From IMG/VR virus record IMGVR_UViG_3300025000_000078, positions 1 to 64,000 of that record: a stretch of DNA of 64,000 nt. One strand, given 5' to 3'. This document shows positions 1 through 10,803 of the stretch, piece after piece. Under the pieces are notes generated by a model. That model was not told where the DNA came from, searched no databases, and was given only the letters and a program-made list of their open reading frames with translations. The DNA comes from a virus. Each line of letters opens with the position of its first letter. The first letter of the stretch is position 1. The translations under genes and the position numbers were made by a program.

Positions 1-910
1 AAGTATAAAGATTTCTAATTTCCCTTTTTGATAAATTATTTAAACCTAGTTTATCAATTATCTTTTTATGTTTTAATCCTTGTTTCATAAACTTAATTAT
101 ATTTTTTATTAATTCTTCATCATATCTTTTTTGTTTACATTTATTCAAATCAATATTTTTGGTTAAATAAATTCGTGTTCTTTTAGCTCTTAAATCATTT
201 ATAAATGTACGTATATTTTTTTTATTTTCTAAATTTAATTTATAAATTATAGTATCAGTACTTTTATTTTCCTCCAATAAAGATACTATTTGTTTAGATA
301 ATTTATCCGAGAATTTACTTAAAGGATGTTTTTCTCCAATAGGTTTATTTCCTTCTTTATATGAATAAGCAATATTTTCTTTCTGAGTACATTTTTCTAA
401 AAGATTTAATTTATTAAATTTATTTATACTATCTTTATGATGAATTATCATTGATTTATCAAATATATCAAAATCTGGCATAAAATAATAAGCTAATAAT
501 CTATGAATTAAAAAATTTCTAAATTTACCATCTATACATGCTAATTGAATATATTCATATCCTTTAGTATTTTTAGAATTTTTTAAAATCCTATTAAATT
601 TATCATTTCTAATAAATCCATCAAAATTTATAGAATAATTCTTTTTAACTTGAGGTAAATCTATTTTTATCCAATCTTCTTTTTTCATATCTTTCTCTTT
701 TCTTTATTATTTTTTTACTTTTCTTGGAAATTATATCTTATAAAGGTTATTAGCTGCGGATTGTCCAATCCTTACTGTTATTACTATACCAGGTTAATTA
801 CTCCTGCCACTATAATATTACTATTATAGATTAGTAAGTAAGGCTCTAAGGGGTTCCCCGACAATTAAAGAAGATTCTTTACAATATTACTACTGTAAAG
901 GACAGTATCT
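1..910 (-). mobile_element. Group I intron (3' part outside window) in the RNAP beta N-terminal subunit gene, carrying an HNH endonuclease
   Basis: On the minus strand: P1 GAU|AG-AUA-CUGUC with a U-G pair at the splice site after ...LLRFD, then a P2 hairpin, P element AATTGTCGGGGAA and Q element AATCCGCAGC. Confidence 0.85.
2..688 (-). CDS. Intron-encoded NUMOD4/HNH homing endonuclease (runs off window start; absent from ORF track)
   Basis: Manual translation: MKKEDWIKIDLPQVKKNYSINFDG...KGYEYIQL...IHRLLAYYF...IIHHKDS...LEKCTQKENI. Confidence 0.85.
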   Translation of the reverse strand, partial: MKKEDWIKIDLPQVKKNYSINFDGFIRNDKFNRILKNSKNTKGYEYIQLACIDGKFRNFLIHRLLAYYFMPDFDIFDKSMIIHHKDSINKFNKLNLLEKCTQKENIAYSYKEGNKPIGEKHPLSKFSDKLSKQIVSLLEENKSTDTIIYKLNLENKKNIRTFINDLRAKRTRIYLTKNIDLNKCKQKRYDEELIKNIIKFMKQGLKHKKIIDKLGLNNLSKREIRNLYT

Positions 911-2158
911 ATCAAATCTCAATAATCCAGAGTCGTGTAAATTTTGAATTAGTATATCACCAGGAAATTTAAATATCTCTTCAATATTTTCTAAAGTCAT
1001 TTTCTTACCTAAACTTATAACTCTATTCATTCTTTTACTAAATGCTTTAGTTAATAAAGAAGCGATATATTCATTACATCTTAAACGTTTATTATCTATA
1101 GATAAATTGTCTTTCTTTCTTAATTCATCATAATTCTGAATTAACCATCTTATAGCTGAATAAACATTCTTTCGATGTTCATAATCTATCTTTAATATAT
1201 CTTTAGTTGTTTCATCTATTAATCTATCAAAGAAGATTAATGTATTTAATCCTTTCTCATAATAATTATATGCCATAGTAGCACTTAAACTACCAATACG
1301 ACTAACCCAATACTCTAAATCATTTAAAACTTCAAAAGTTGCTCTGTTGTTAAAAATATTTAAAATCATGAAAACTATACTCTGCACATATAGATATTTG
1401 TTAAAGAAGAATCTATTTACTTTTATTAATATTTTCTTATTAACACGAAAATATATATATTTATCTAAATCTGTTTCATTTTCAGTGAATTCCATTATAG
1501 AATCAACTGAAAAATATTTAAGTGTTTTATCAACACCCATTTTAGCAAAATAAAATAAAAGTACATCGACTTCTTTTCTAAACACAAATACCCCATAAGT
1601 ATTAGCAGTATAAGTTTCTCCTTGAATATCAGGATATTCTTTTTTGTTTCTTTTTAAAGATAGTGGCATTAAAGATTTGAGAATTAAATTCTGTTTAGTT
1701 GTATAAGTAGAACTATCAACAAGTTGATATATTAAGAAATATTTTTTACCTTTAATAGTATAATAACCATTTTCATCAGGAATCGGTATTAATAATTTCT
1801 TAGTATATATTTTACTCTTATTTTTACAACTTAAATTAAATTTTAATTTAAGCTCACCATATCTACTATCTTGTAGGTACATATACTTTTCTGAAACTTT
1901 CTTATTATCACTGTCTTTGGTTTGTTTAACTTTTTGTCTTGTAGATATATAATCATTGATGTCAATCTTAGATTCATCATCAATAAATTCATACCCAAGA
2001 AATTTAATATTCTTAAGAATCTCTAATGACTTACAACTATTAGCGATGTAATGAATTAAATCATCGTCATAACTATGATTAATTATATCATAGTTAATTC
2101 TTTCTTCATTAGGATTTTTATAGTGTTTTATAAATTTCTTCATAATATGTTTTTTCAA
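911..2158 (-). CDS. rpoB: Phage multisubunit RNA polymerase beta subunit, N-terminal part (exon 1; probably non-virion RNAP)
   Basis: IPIPDENGYYTIKGKKYFLIYQL resembles the beta motif GxFxINGxERVxxxQL; DNLSIDNKRLR resembles DHLGNRRIR; ORF stops just inside an intron. Confidence 0.75.
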
Positions 2159-2194
2159 CCCTTTCTAGAAAAATATAATACTATAAACAATATA

Positions 2195-2232
2195 TATCCA
2201 ATAGGAAACCAATTAAGGTTTCCTATTGGATA
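2195..2232. terminator. Intrinsic terminator-like hairpin
   Basis: TATCCAATAGGAAACC-aattaa-GGTTTCCTATTGGATA, intergenic. Confidence 0.6.
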
Positions 2233-2243
2233 ATGTATATTTT

Positions 2244-2609
2244 TTATTCTTCCTCGTCCTCAGTTTCACCGTCATCCTTAACCATGAGTTTATACTCTTG
2301 GCCAGGAATCATATAAGGTGTAAAGTTACCTGTTTTCTCACCTTCATCATTTTCCCTGTAAGAAATACCCATGTCAAATAATTGCATCACATTGACAGAA
2401 ATATCTTCTCCTGGAGTTTTCTTTTCATTTAAATAAGCAATTGTTTGTTGTAAAAAACGATAAGCAATCGTTGCAATTGCCGGTGCATGTGTAACATTAA
2501 TGTTGTGCTCACTGATAAGAGCTTTATGAGCTCTTTCACAAATTTTATTAATTTCCTTTTGATTCTCTCTGATTTCCAAAAATACTGCATCTTCTTTGTT
2601 ACTTGCCAT
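2244..2609 (-). CDS. Hypothetical protein (acidic C-terminus)
   Basis: 121-aa ORF with RBS and AACA-N6-TA motif at 2641-2652. Confidence 0.7.
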   Translation of the reverse strand: MASNKEDAVFLEIRENQKEINKICERAHKALISEHNINVTHAPAIATIAYRFLQQTIAYLNEKKTPGEDISVNVMQLFDMGISYRENDEGEKTGNFTPYMIPGQEYKLMVKDDGETEDEEE

Positions 2610-2668
2610 AATAAATAACCCCCTCTTATTTTTTTAATACTAATATTTTGTTATTAGCATATTAGTTT

Positions 2669-4819
2669 TTAATTATTTTTTTCATACTTAAATATTTTAT
2701 ATGCTTCTTCTAATGTAACAATAGATATATCATCTTTTTTAGCTTTATCAACTTTAGATGATTTAATACCTAAAGTTTTTACAATTACTAAAGAAACATC
2801 CTTACTATAGTTATCTACAATAAGTATATTTTTGTTATCTAAGAATTTTTCAAATTCCCTATCACGGATTTTTGTAAAACATACTTTAGCAACATATTTA
2901 CGTAAATCTTGCTTTATAGTTAACTCGGAACATAAAAAATCTATAAGTTCAAGATTACTATTTACTCCTTTAATTATCTTATTGGCCGTTTTATTTTTTA
3001 TTCCTCCTATCTTAGTTAATTTTTTTACATCATTATTTAAACATATATCTTTTAATTCACTCAAATAATATATATTTAAAATACGTTTAAATATTTTTCT
3101 CCCTATATCAGGTATTCCCAGAGAACCTAATAACTCATAATTATAAACAGTTTTACGACTGTTTATACTATCAATTATTTTATTAAACAATTTCTCTCCA
3201 AATCCTTTAAATAATAAAATTTCATCTTTATGTTTCTTAATAAAATATAAATCTTTAATTGATTTTACAACACTTAGTTCATATAATAATGTAATAATAC
3301 CACTAGAGATATTAGGTATAGACATTTTTACTGCGTAGTTTACTATCTTACCAATTTGTCTAGAATCACAGCTTTCATTAACACATTTCAATACAGGGTC
3401 TTTAACTAATAACTGTTTACAGTATCTACATGTAGTTGGTGTTTTAAACAATTTACCTTTTTCATTTCTTTTACAAGTTTCATCTATAATTAAATATGGT
3501 ATCACATCATATTTAATTATAACTTCATCACCTTGTCTTATACCAAGTTCTTCAAATCTATCTATTGAGCCTAATGATATATTATTTATAGTATTACCAT
3601 TTATTTTAACTGGTTTAATTATAGCAACAGGTGTTATTGAACCAAGAATACCAGTTGACATTATAATATCTTTAATTATAGTTTTTTTCTTTTCAGGTGG
3701 TAATTTATATGCAACTTCAAATTTATTAATACTATTCTCTCTACCAAGTTTTTCTTTTAATTTTTCATTATTAAGAGTTATAACTATACCATCTATTAAA
3801 ATATCTTTTTTATTAACATGTTTTGTTAATGCATCTATATGTAATTGAACTTCTTTAAAATTAGTTATATCATTTATTATACTAAATCCATAATTTAAAT
3901 TTGTTATAGTTATACTAAATTTATCATTTTTCTCTTGATACTGAAGAGGTATAATTGTTAAATATTCTAAATGTTTTTTATCAAAATCTCTAGTTTTATT
4001 TAGAATTGATATAACCGCACTTCTTGGATGTTTTAATACTTTTATATCTTTACAAAATCTTTCAAAATCAGAAATCTTCATAACAATTTCAGTTTTAACA
4101 GCATATTCATTATCAAATATTTTAGTTTCATATTTTTCTCCTATCATCACTTCTTTATAATATTTAGAATCTATAATTTCAAAATCTAATTTAATTTCAT
4201 TAAATAGTTCTGTTATATCTACAGCTTCATTATTACTAACATCACCTCTAGTTAATACTTTATTAGCTATTTTATTATTAGGTTTAAATTCAAAAATAGT
4301 GGATATTCCATCCCATTTAGGTGTCATTACTGCTTTCTTTTCATTCTCATATAAAAGTCTCCCTAATTTATTTTCAATTCCTTTAATCCATTCCTCTAAA
4401 GATTTTCTAATATCTTTTCCTTTATCTTTCTTTCTAATAAAATGAACTTTATCTAAAGTTCCTCTTAAAGCTGGATAACTATGATAACCTATTTTTCTAT
4501 CTTTAACTTTATTAATTGGTGCACCAACAATTTCTTTCATTTGTAAATCTCTATTCAATTCATATAGTCTGTCATAATCTTCATCAGTAACTGGAGAATC
4601 AACTTCACTATTATTATAAATATCTTGTAAAATTCTTATTATTAATTCAATGATATTTAAATCATCAGAATCATAATTTTCAGTTCCACTTAATAAAATA
4701 TTAGTAATTTTATTAATTCCAATTTCATTTAACTTTTCAACAATTACTTCATAATCATCAATTAACATATCAACAAGAATAACTGATAACGAATCAACAA
4801 TACTTCTTTTATCTAACAT
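2669..4819 (-). CDS. ligA: NAD-dependent DNA ligase
   Basis: PKWDG adenylation motif, TRGD, DGIVI, VAYK, Cys4 zinc finger, HhH region and C-terminal BRCT-like region. Confidence 0.95.
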   Translation of the reverse strand: MLDKRSIVDSLSVILVDMLIDDYEVIVEKLNEIGINKITNILLSGTENYDSDDLNIIELIIRILQDIYNNSEVDSPVTDEDYDRLYELNRDLQMKEIVGAPINKVKDRKIGYHSYPALRGTLDKVHFIRKKDKGKDIRKSLEEWIKGIENKLGRLLYENEKKAVMTPKWDGISTIFEFKPNNKIANKVLTRGDVSNNEAVDITELFNEIKLDFEIIDSKYYKEVMIGEKYETKIFDNEYAVKTEIVMKISDFERFCKDIKVLKHPRSAVISILNKTRDFDKKHLEYLTIIPLQYQEKNDKFSITITNLNYGFSIINDITNFKEVQLHIDALTKHVNKKDILIDGIVITLNNEKLKEKLGRENSINKFEVAYKLPPEKKKTIIKDIIMSTGILGSITPVAIIKPVKINGNTINNISLGSIDRFEELGIRQGDEVIIKYDVIPYLIIDETCKRNEKGKLFKTPTTCRYCKQLLVKDPVLKCVNESCDSRQIGKIVNYAVKMSIPNISSGIITLLYELSVVKSIKDLYFIKKHKDEILLFKGFGEKLFNKIIDSINSRKTVYNYELLGSLGIPDIGRKIFKRILNIYYLSELKDICLNNDVKKLTKIGGIKNKTANKIIKGVNSNLELIDFLCSELTIKQDLRKYVAKVCFTKIRDREFEKFLDNKNILIVDNYSKDVSLVIVKTLGIKSSKVDKAKKDDISIVTLEEAYKIFKYEKNN

Positions 4820-4910
4820 CTTATTATTCCCCCTAAGATTTTTTATTATGATAAGTATATAATATATAAATAAAAAAATAAAAGGTTAAATTAATAACCC
4901 TTTAAAATGT

Positions 4911-5918
4911 TTAAAAGTTATCATATCCATCTTCAATTTTTTCTATGAAACTCATTTCATAATTATTAAGTTTAAAAGTCCGAATTCCTGAATAAGATGA
5001 ATAAACTGGATAAATAAATCCGTTATTTTGCATTGCAGGAAAAATAAATCCAGATTTAGTTGTAACTCTTACCAGTCTTTTATTTCTTTTATTAATTATT
5101 TCTTTTTTAATATTATCCCCAAATCCTTTAAATACTGAATAACCATCTACAACAATATAATCTTTATAATCGAGTTGTTTTCTAGTGTAATAAATTCTCA
5201 TTAACTGACCATATTTTTTATTTCTCAAATATCTAAATTCACAATCTTGTGTCTTTCTATGAAGAATGAGTTTTTTCCCATTATCCATATATGATATATA
5301 ATCATCATTTTCTAATACAAACAATCTAATATCATATTTTCTGGTATTATTAACAGTAAATCTTGGTGTTGACCCTACTGTAATATTAGTATTTATAATT
5401 CTTTTATTAATAAAATCTAATACAAAATTATATTTACCATAATTTTTATTATGATTATATTCAAATTTTTCAATATTAGTAAAAGTAACTTTACATGTTT
5501 TATTATCATAGAACATAAATCTATCAATAATATTGTCAACAGATTCTATTCTATGGATAAAAATCTGTGGAGGTAATGTATAATCACATCTTGGATGAAA
5601 CCCTTGGTTTAATTGATATTTAAAAATTACTATGTGATAGCCAGGTTTGATCATAACTATAGCCTGTTCAAATAATTTACCTCCATCAATATATCCATCA
5701 TTAGTTATACCTATTGGCCTGTTAAATTTTTCATCAGTTATTACCATAACATATTCTGTAGGTATTACATATTCAGACAAGAAACAACCTTCTGATTTAT
5801 TTTTAAAATACATAATATATTTTTTATCAACTTCAGTATTATCTAATTCATAATGTTCAAAATCAGTAGGTTCATAAGAGTCAACCTCTCCTCTAATTAA
5901 ATGCATAGTAAAAATCAT
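4911..5918 (-). CDS. Hypothetical protein
   Basis: 335-aa ORF with RBS and upstream TATATATTAT motifs. Confidence 0.65.
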   Translation of the reverse strand: MIFTMHLIRGEVDSYEPTDFEHYELDNTEVDKKYIMYFKNKSEGCFLSEYVIPTEYVMVITDEKFNRPIGITNDGYIDGGKLFEQAIVMIKPGYHIVIFKYQLNQGFHPRCDYTLPPQIFIHRIESVDNIIDRFMFYDNKTCKVTFTNIEKFEYNHNKNYGKYNFVLDFINKRIINTNITVGSTPRFTVNNTRKYDIRLFVLENDDYISYMDNGKKLILHRKTQDCEFRYLRNKKYGQLMRIYYTRKQLDYKDYIVVDGYSVFKGFGDNIKKEIINKRNKRLVRVTTKSGFIFPAMQNNGFIYPVYSSYSGIRTFKLNNYEMSFIEKIEDGYDNF

Positions 5919-6041
5919 CTCCCCTTAATTAGTGTAATTAATTTTATAATATATAAACTTTTCAACAATGTTTATTTAATAATATAATAATATATAAATG
6001 AAAAAAATGAGATGACTACCATCTCATTTTTTTCATTTAAT

Positions 6042-6920
6042 TTATATCACTCCTCTAAATAATTTTTTAATATATTCATCAGAAACCTGTAAAGGTCCTG
6101 ATAATATTCTTTTCTCCTTTTTATCAGCATCAACAACAACAGGGTCAGGCTCGGTTTGTTCTGGCTGAGTTGCGATAACTTTTTTACATTCATTAATGAA
6201 TAGTTCAGGTAATGCTGATATACATGTCTGGTCTTTAGCAAAAGTAGAAAATATGAATAGATATGTTGATAATGCTTTAGTGGTTAGTACATTTAAATCA
6301 TCTTTCTTGATGTTGAAGAGATTTTTATTACTTTCAAAAAAGTTAACTAAACTTACAATATCTTGGATATTGGTTATTTTAATTATATCCGAGATACTTT
6401 GTTTCAATAATTTTATCATACCTTTTTCTCTGTTTATTGTTACAGGTATAATATCCTCATTTCGAAGTTCAATAAGAACCTCCATCATTGTTTCCGGAAC
6501 GTTTTGTGATTTTTTATCAGATGGGGTAATAACTTCAATGGTATCTTGGGCAGAAGTTATCGTTCTCTGCTTGTTATTGTTAATTCTTGTTAATAAAAAC
6601 TCATTTGAAAGATCATTGATACTATTATCAGTATCAATAATAAGAGTGCCACCAGTGTGCTCATTAACTAAGTCACACATATTTTTAAAATCATCGATAA
6701 CATTATTGTTAGTGTTTTCTTCATCTGAAAAATTTTCTTTCAGGAATTCTATAACGTTATCTTTTTCCCAAATACCCCCAGGAACATGAATATCATTAGG
6801 ATAATTTTCATGTTCCTCGACAAATTTTTTAAATTCATCTTTCGTGTTTACGTTAGTTGGTAAATTATCAAATAAGTCTTTCAAAATTTCCATTTTTTTC
6901 TTACCTAAATCACCAGCCAA
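6042..6920 (-). CDS. Hypothetical protein
   Basis: 292-aa ORF with GGAGG RBS. Confidence 0.65.
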   Translation of the reverse strand: MAGDLGKKKMEILKDLFDNLPTNVNTKDEFKKFVEEHENYPNDIHVPGGIWEKDNVIEFLKENFSDEENTNNNVIDDFKNMCDLVNEHTGGTLIIDTDNSINDLSNEFLLTRINNNKQRTITSAQDTIEVITPSDKKSQNVPETMMEVLIELRNEDIIPVTINREKGMIKLLKQSISDIIKITNIQDIVSLVNFFESNKNLFNIKKDDLNVLTTKALSTYLFIFSTFAKDQTCISALPELFINECKKVIATQPEQTEPDPVVVDADKKEKRILSGPLQVSDEYIKKLFRGVI

Positions 6921-7086
6921 AAATATCTACCTCCCTTAAATTTATATATTTTATCTTTCTATTATTTCATGGAACATAAATAAATATTATATTTTTTATT
7001 ATCTACCATAATAATATATATTTATAATATTAAAAATACGGAAAAAGAATATACTGATATAATTTATTATATCAGTATATTTTATT

Positions 7087-10000
7087 TTATATTTTAATAT
7101 CAATAGTAAACATCTTTCTCTTCCGAACCTCCTCATCTATTAGTTTTTCAAATTCTTTATTAGTTCCAACGAATACTTTATTTTCTTTATATTCGTTAGT
7201 AATATCTATCCTTCTTTTAATATCTTTAAATTCTTGATTAGTACTTATAAATAATTTACCATCATAGAACTTTCCTTCAAGAAAACTTGTATTAATTTCT
7301 ATATCGAATAATTGATTATTAAATTCTATTTCTAAACCCATTGACTTTAAAAATGCTTCCAATATTTCAATATTTCTATTTTTGAAATTTGGTTTATATT
7401 TAAAATCTTTTATAGGATTTAATCGTGTCAATAAGTTTTCACCTAAATCACGCCTACCCACAACAGATGATCTATAAAATAAATGTAATTGTGCTATTAA
7501 TTCCGTTGGAACACCTATATTAGTATTAAGATTTTCATCAATACCAATTCTTATAGGAGTCTTAGAATATAATTCCTGATGGGTTTTAGCTTTATTTGAT
7601 TTTTCAGGTAAACCTTTTCTTGATAAAGACCCAGTTGATCTTGCTGAGAAACCTTTTTTAGCTGTTTGCATTAATTTCATTACATACATATCACCTACAA
7701 CTAACTTCTTCATCATTTTAATCTTTCTTCCAAATCTATTTACATAAACATCATATTGCTCAATCCAATCATGTTCTTCATACAACTTAATGAGTTTATC
7801 GAATAAAAACTCACTATTTTCCCATAGAGGAGGAATATGAATAAATATACCTTCTTCAACTAAATTATTAAAAAACTCTTCTTTACCAATAATACTTAAT
7901 TTTCTTAAATATTCTCTTAATTTCTCTTCCTGTTCTTTATTAAAATAACTTATTATATTAAGAAATAATTCTTCTTTTTCTTTCATATTATTTAATGTTT
8001 GAATGCGTTCTATAGTTCTATTACAAATAAAGGTAATAGAACTCTCGAATAACTGGTATGAGTTTACAATTGTTTTAGACCATATCTTCAGTCCTATAAA
8101 GAACTGCCTCCCGTTTGGGGTTTCCCCTACTCTACTCGCTTCTTCAGTTATAAATAAATTATAACCTATGCTTTCGATGGTCGTTGAGCACATTTCAGGT
8201 AATGGTAAAAGGTTTTTAATATTGTAAGAAAATCACATATATCCCTTTATTTAAAAATTGATCTAATGTTTGATAAATATTTTTATTTTGGATATGTGAT
8301 TGATTTAATCGTATTAAATTAATATTATTATCTATACAAAATTGAGTTTTTATATTATCATATAAATGAATTCTTTCATATTTTTCTTCATTAAAAATAT
8401 TAGTAATTCTAGTATCAAAATGTTGTTTACCATCAAATTCTATCATTAAATTAAGATCAGGGATATGAAAATCAAATCTTAATTTTCTACCAGTTATATT
8501 TGACCGTAAATTATCAAATGTTTTTTCCTGTTTAAAATATAATCTATTTTTTTTCAACCAACCTTTAATTATTTTTACACCAACCGAATCTTTAAACCCT
8601 ATTAAATTTTTTGGTTTAATTGTACATCTGGGACATCTTTTTTTATTTTTAGAAAAGAAATTATGAGGTATACAATTAAAAATAGTTCCACATGTAATAT
8701 GTTGTATTGAAACGTGATCTTTCAATATCCTAATAAATTCCTTCTGAGGTGCTTTATATAATCTGTATTCTTGATCAGTTTTTATAATACGTTCAGCCAA
8801 AATATCTTTAGTATGTCTATAATAATATCTACCATAATTACATACACATTTACTCTGCCCATCATATAAAAGTTCAACAGGTTTAACATCGTAAATATTA
8901 CCACATTTTTTATGTCTTACTTTAATTTTTTCATTCATTTTTAAAAATTCAGTGATGAATTCATATTCATGAGAATCATCTCTTTTATTAAATTTTTCAA
9001 TAAAGGCTTGATGATCAAATGATTTACCGTTACAATATTTACATTGTTTTCTCGTTTTAAAATTATGAAAAATTATAGGTATTTCTCTATTACATACCTT
9101 ATGTTTAACTAAAATCACACTCTCAAGTATAGATTTCCTAAATTCATAAATATCTATAAATTCAAATTCATCATTTATTAAAGGTATTTCTTTTTGTAAC
9201 CTTTGTCTAATATTTTCAATATCTGTAACTAACAGAATCATTCACCCCCTTATTATTTAAAATCTAATTATTTTTTATCACCATTACCATTACCTGAAAC
9301 TTCGCTGCGGATTACTCAATTTTAAACCTTTTTACCATATCTGAGTAATTAGTTCAGCCCTTATCTATGTCACCATGATAAGTTGGTAGTTTAAAATTAT
9401 CGAACTTTCCCGCAATTAGAGAGGTTTTAAATCGCCTAAACCTTACCAGTCCAGCGATTGACTACAGAAAGAGAATTAAAGATCAGGTCAACTCTTTCAC
9501 CAGTCTCTAAAAATGGCATTTTATCATCAGGTCGTATTTCAGATATAACACCTTTATTACCATATCTACCCGTTACCTTTTGACCTACTTCTAAATAAGC
9601 ATTTTTTTCAACTAAAAATTCTATTACTATATTGGAAAATACTGAATTATTTTCTTCTCTCCATTTATATCTTTCATCCAATATGTTTTTTGCTTTTCTC
9701 ATATAGAAACTTACTTCTCTAGAATATTTAGAGCCAGAGTCAATTATTTGTTTACATCTTTTAAATATCCTCTCATAGTAAACTAATTGCATTTTATAAT
9801 ATTTCATTATCTGTCTATTGAAATCATTTTCTTCTAATTCATCTAAAGTTTTATTACAATAGATATCTATATCAATAATCTTACCTTTACCTTCGATAAA
9901 GAATAATATATCAGAAGTAAAATCAATCCTTCTAAGATTAGATTTTTTTAAATCATATAACAATTGATTATTATGAATTCTTCTCTTAGCACAAATTATT

Positions 10001-10716
10001 TTATCTTTAACATATTCATTTATATCAGGAAAAGTTTTATAATTATTTGCATTACCATAGATATTACAAAAAATATCATTATCATTTAATGATACCTTAA
10101 CTCTTTCAACCTCTGTTGAAACCATTCTTTTTGATAATGATTCTGAACATACAATAGCATCCTCTATTGTATGATTTTCTAGAAGATACATGAATTTAAC
10201 ATTAGTACCATAGCAATAATTCATATCTTCATCATAAGATGCACTCTTATAAAGAACTTCTCCCTTATTTATTAAATTTCCAACTTCTTTACTATCAATA
10301 TTCTGATTATTATATTTAAACCCGTATCGTTCTGTTAAATCTTCAACTCCTTTTTTCTCTATAATATCATAATAATCATTTTCTTTATCATATGTGAATA
10401 ATAAATATAATTGTTCATCATTTACTCCATCTGTAAATTTACTAATTTTATCAATAATAACACAACTATTTTTAACTTTTTTATAACCAGTTGAATTTTT
10501 ACCAACTATATTTTCATAATTAGTAAATATTCTTGGAAACTCCGGTTTATTTAAAGTAACACATTGTTTCAAATGAGCCGTAAACATAATATTTCTTGAC
10601 GAACTAATATAACCTGGATTTGTTAAAAGGGTCATTCCAAATACATCATCTTTACCTTGAAATTCTTTTTCCTTCTGTTCTAATATTTCTTTCAATGACA
10701 TTGTGTTTTTAGACAA
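7087..10716 (-). CDS. rpoB: RNA polymerase beta subunit, C-terminal half; spliced (exons 10716-9453 and 8066-7087, about 747 aa); probably non-virion RNAP
   Basis: GQKVTGRYGNKGVIS...DKMPF...VDLIFN; splicing gives NRLNSYQLFE (cf. SRMNIGQILE); VGDMYVMKL...ARSTG. Confidence 0.92.
8067..9452 (-). mobile_element. Group I intron with endonuclease ORF
   Basis: P1 AAUCGCU/GGCGAUU with U-G; P10 GGUUUA/UAAACU; P AATTGCGGGAAA; Q AATCCGCAGC; P7 GACCA/TGGTC (compensatory change relative to the other introns); terminal G at 8067. Confidence 0.92.
8216..9241 (-). CDS. Intron-encoded homing endonuclease: zinc-ribbon repeats plus C-terminal PD-(D/E)xK/Vsr-like domain
   Basis: Repeated HxxC/CxxC units; LRFDFHIPDLNLMIEFDGKQHF...DNIKTQFCIDNNINLIRL. 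Confidence 0.8.
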   Translation of the reverse strand: MILLVTDIENIRQRLQKEIPLINDEFEFIDIYEFRKSILESVILVKHKVCNREIPIIFHNFKTRKQCKYCNGKSFDHQAFIEKFNKRDDSHEYEFITEFLKMNEKIKVRHKKCGNIYDVKPVELLYDGQSKCVCNYGRYYYRHTKDILAERIIKTDQEYRLYKAPQKEFIRILKDHVSIQHITCGTIFNCIPHNFFSKNKKRCPRCTIKPKNLIGFKDSVGVKIIKGWLKKNRLYFKQEKTFDNLRSNITGRKLRFDFHIPDLNLMIEFDGKQHFDTRITNIFNEEKYERIHLYDNIKTQFCIDNNINLIRLNQSHIQNKNIYQTLDQFLNKGIYVIFLQY

Positions 10717-10803
10717 ATCAAAACCTCCTATTTAAAAGATTATTATTGAGAATGTATACACATATATAATATATACATACACATTCTCTAGTTTTTTTCT
10801 AAT

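Noticed and set aside
6196-6789. 197-aa plus-strand ORF and the other short overlapping ORFs in the track (e.g. 1347, 2832, 13300, 18293, 42642, 44240, 57812, 63410)
   Set aside because: They overlap better-supported genes or intron cores and show no recognisable motifs
8067-8193. Track start codons for ORFs 7087-8193, 10804-11277, 17951-18160, 42235-42663 and 61847-62047
   Set aside because: These starts lie inside intron 3' ends; the ORFs are downstream exons
8067-9452. IStron (group I intron fused to TnpA/TnpB)
   Set aside because: No RuvC/TnpB or transposase motifs; ORFs sit inside the P6 region rather than at the intron 3' end
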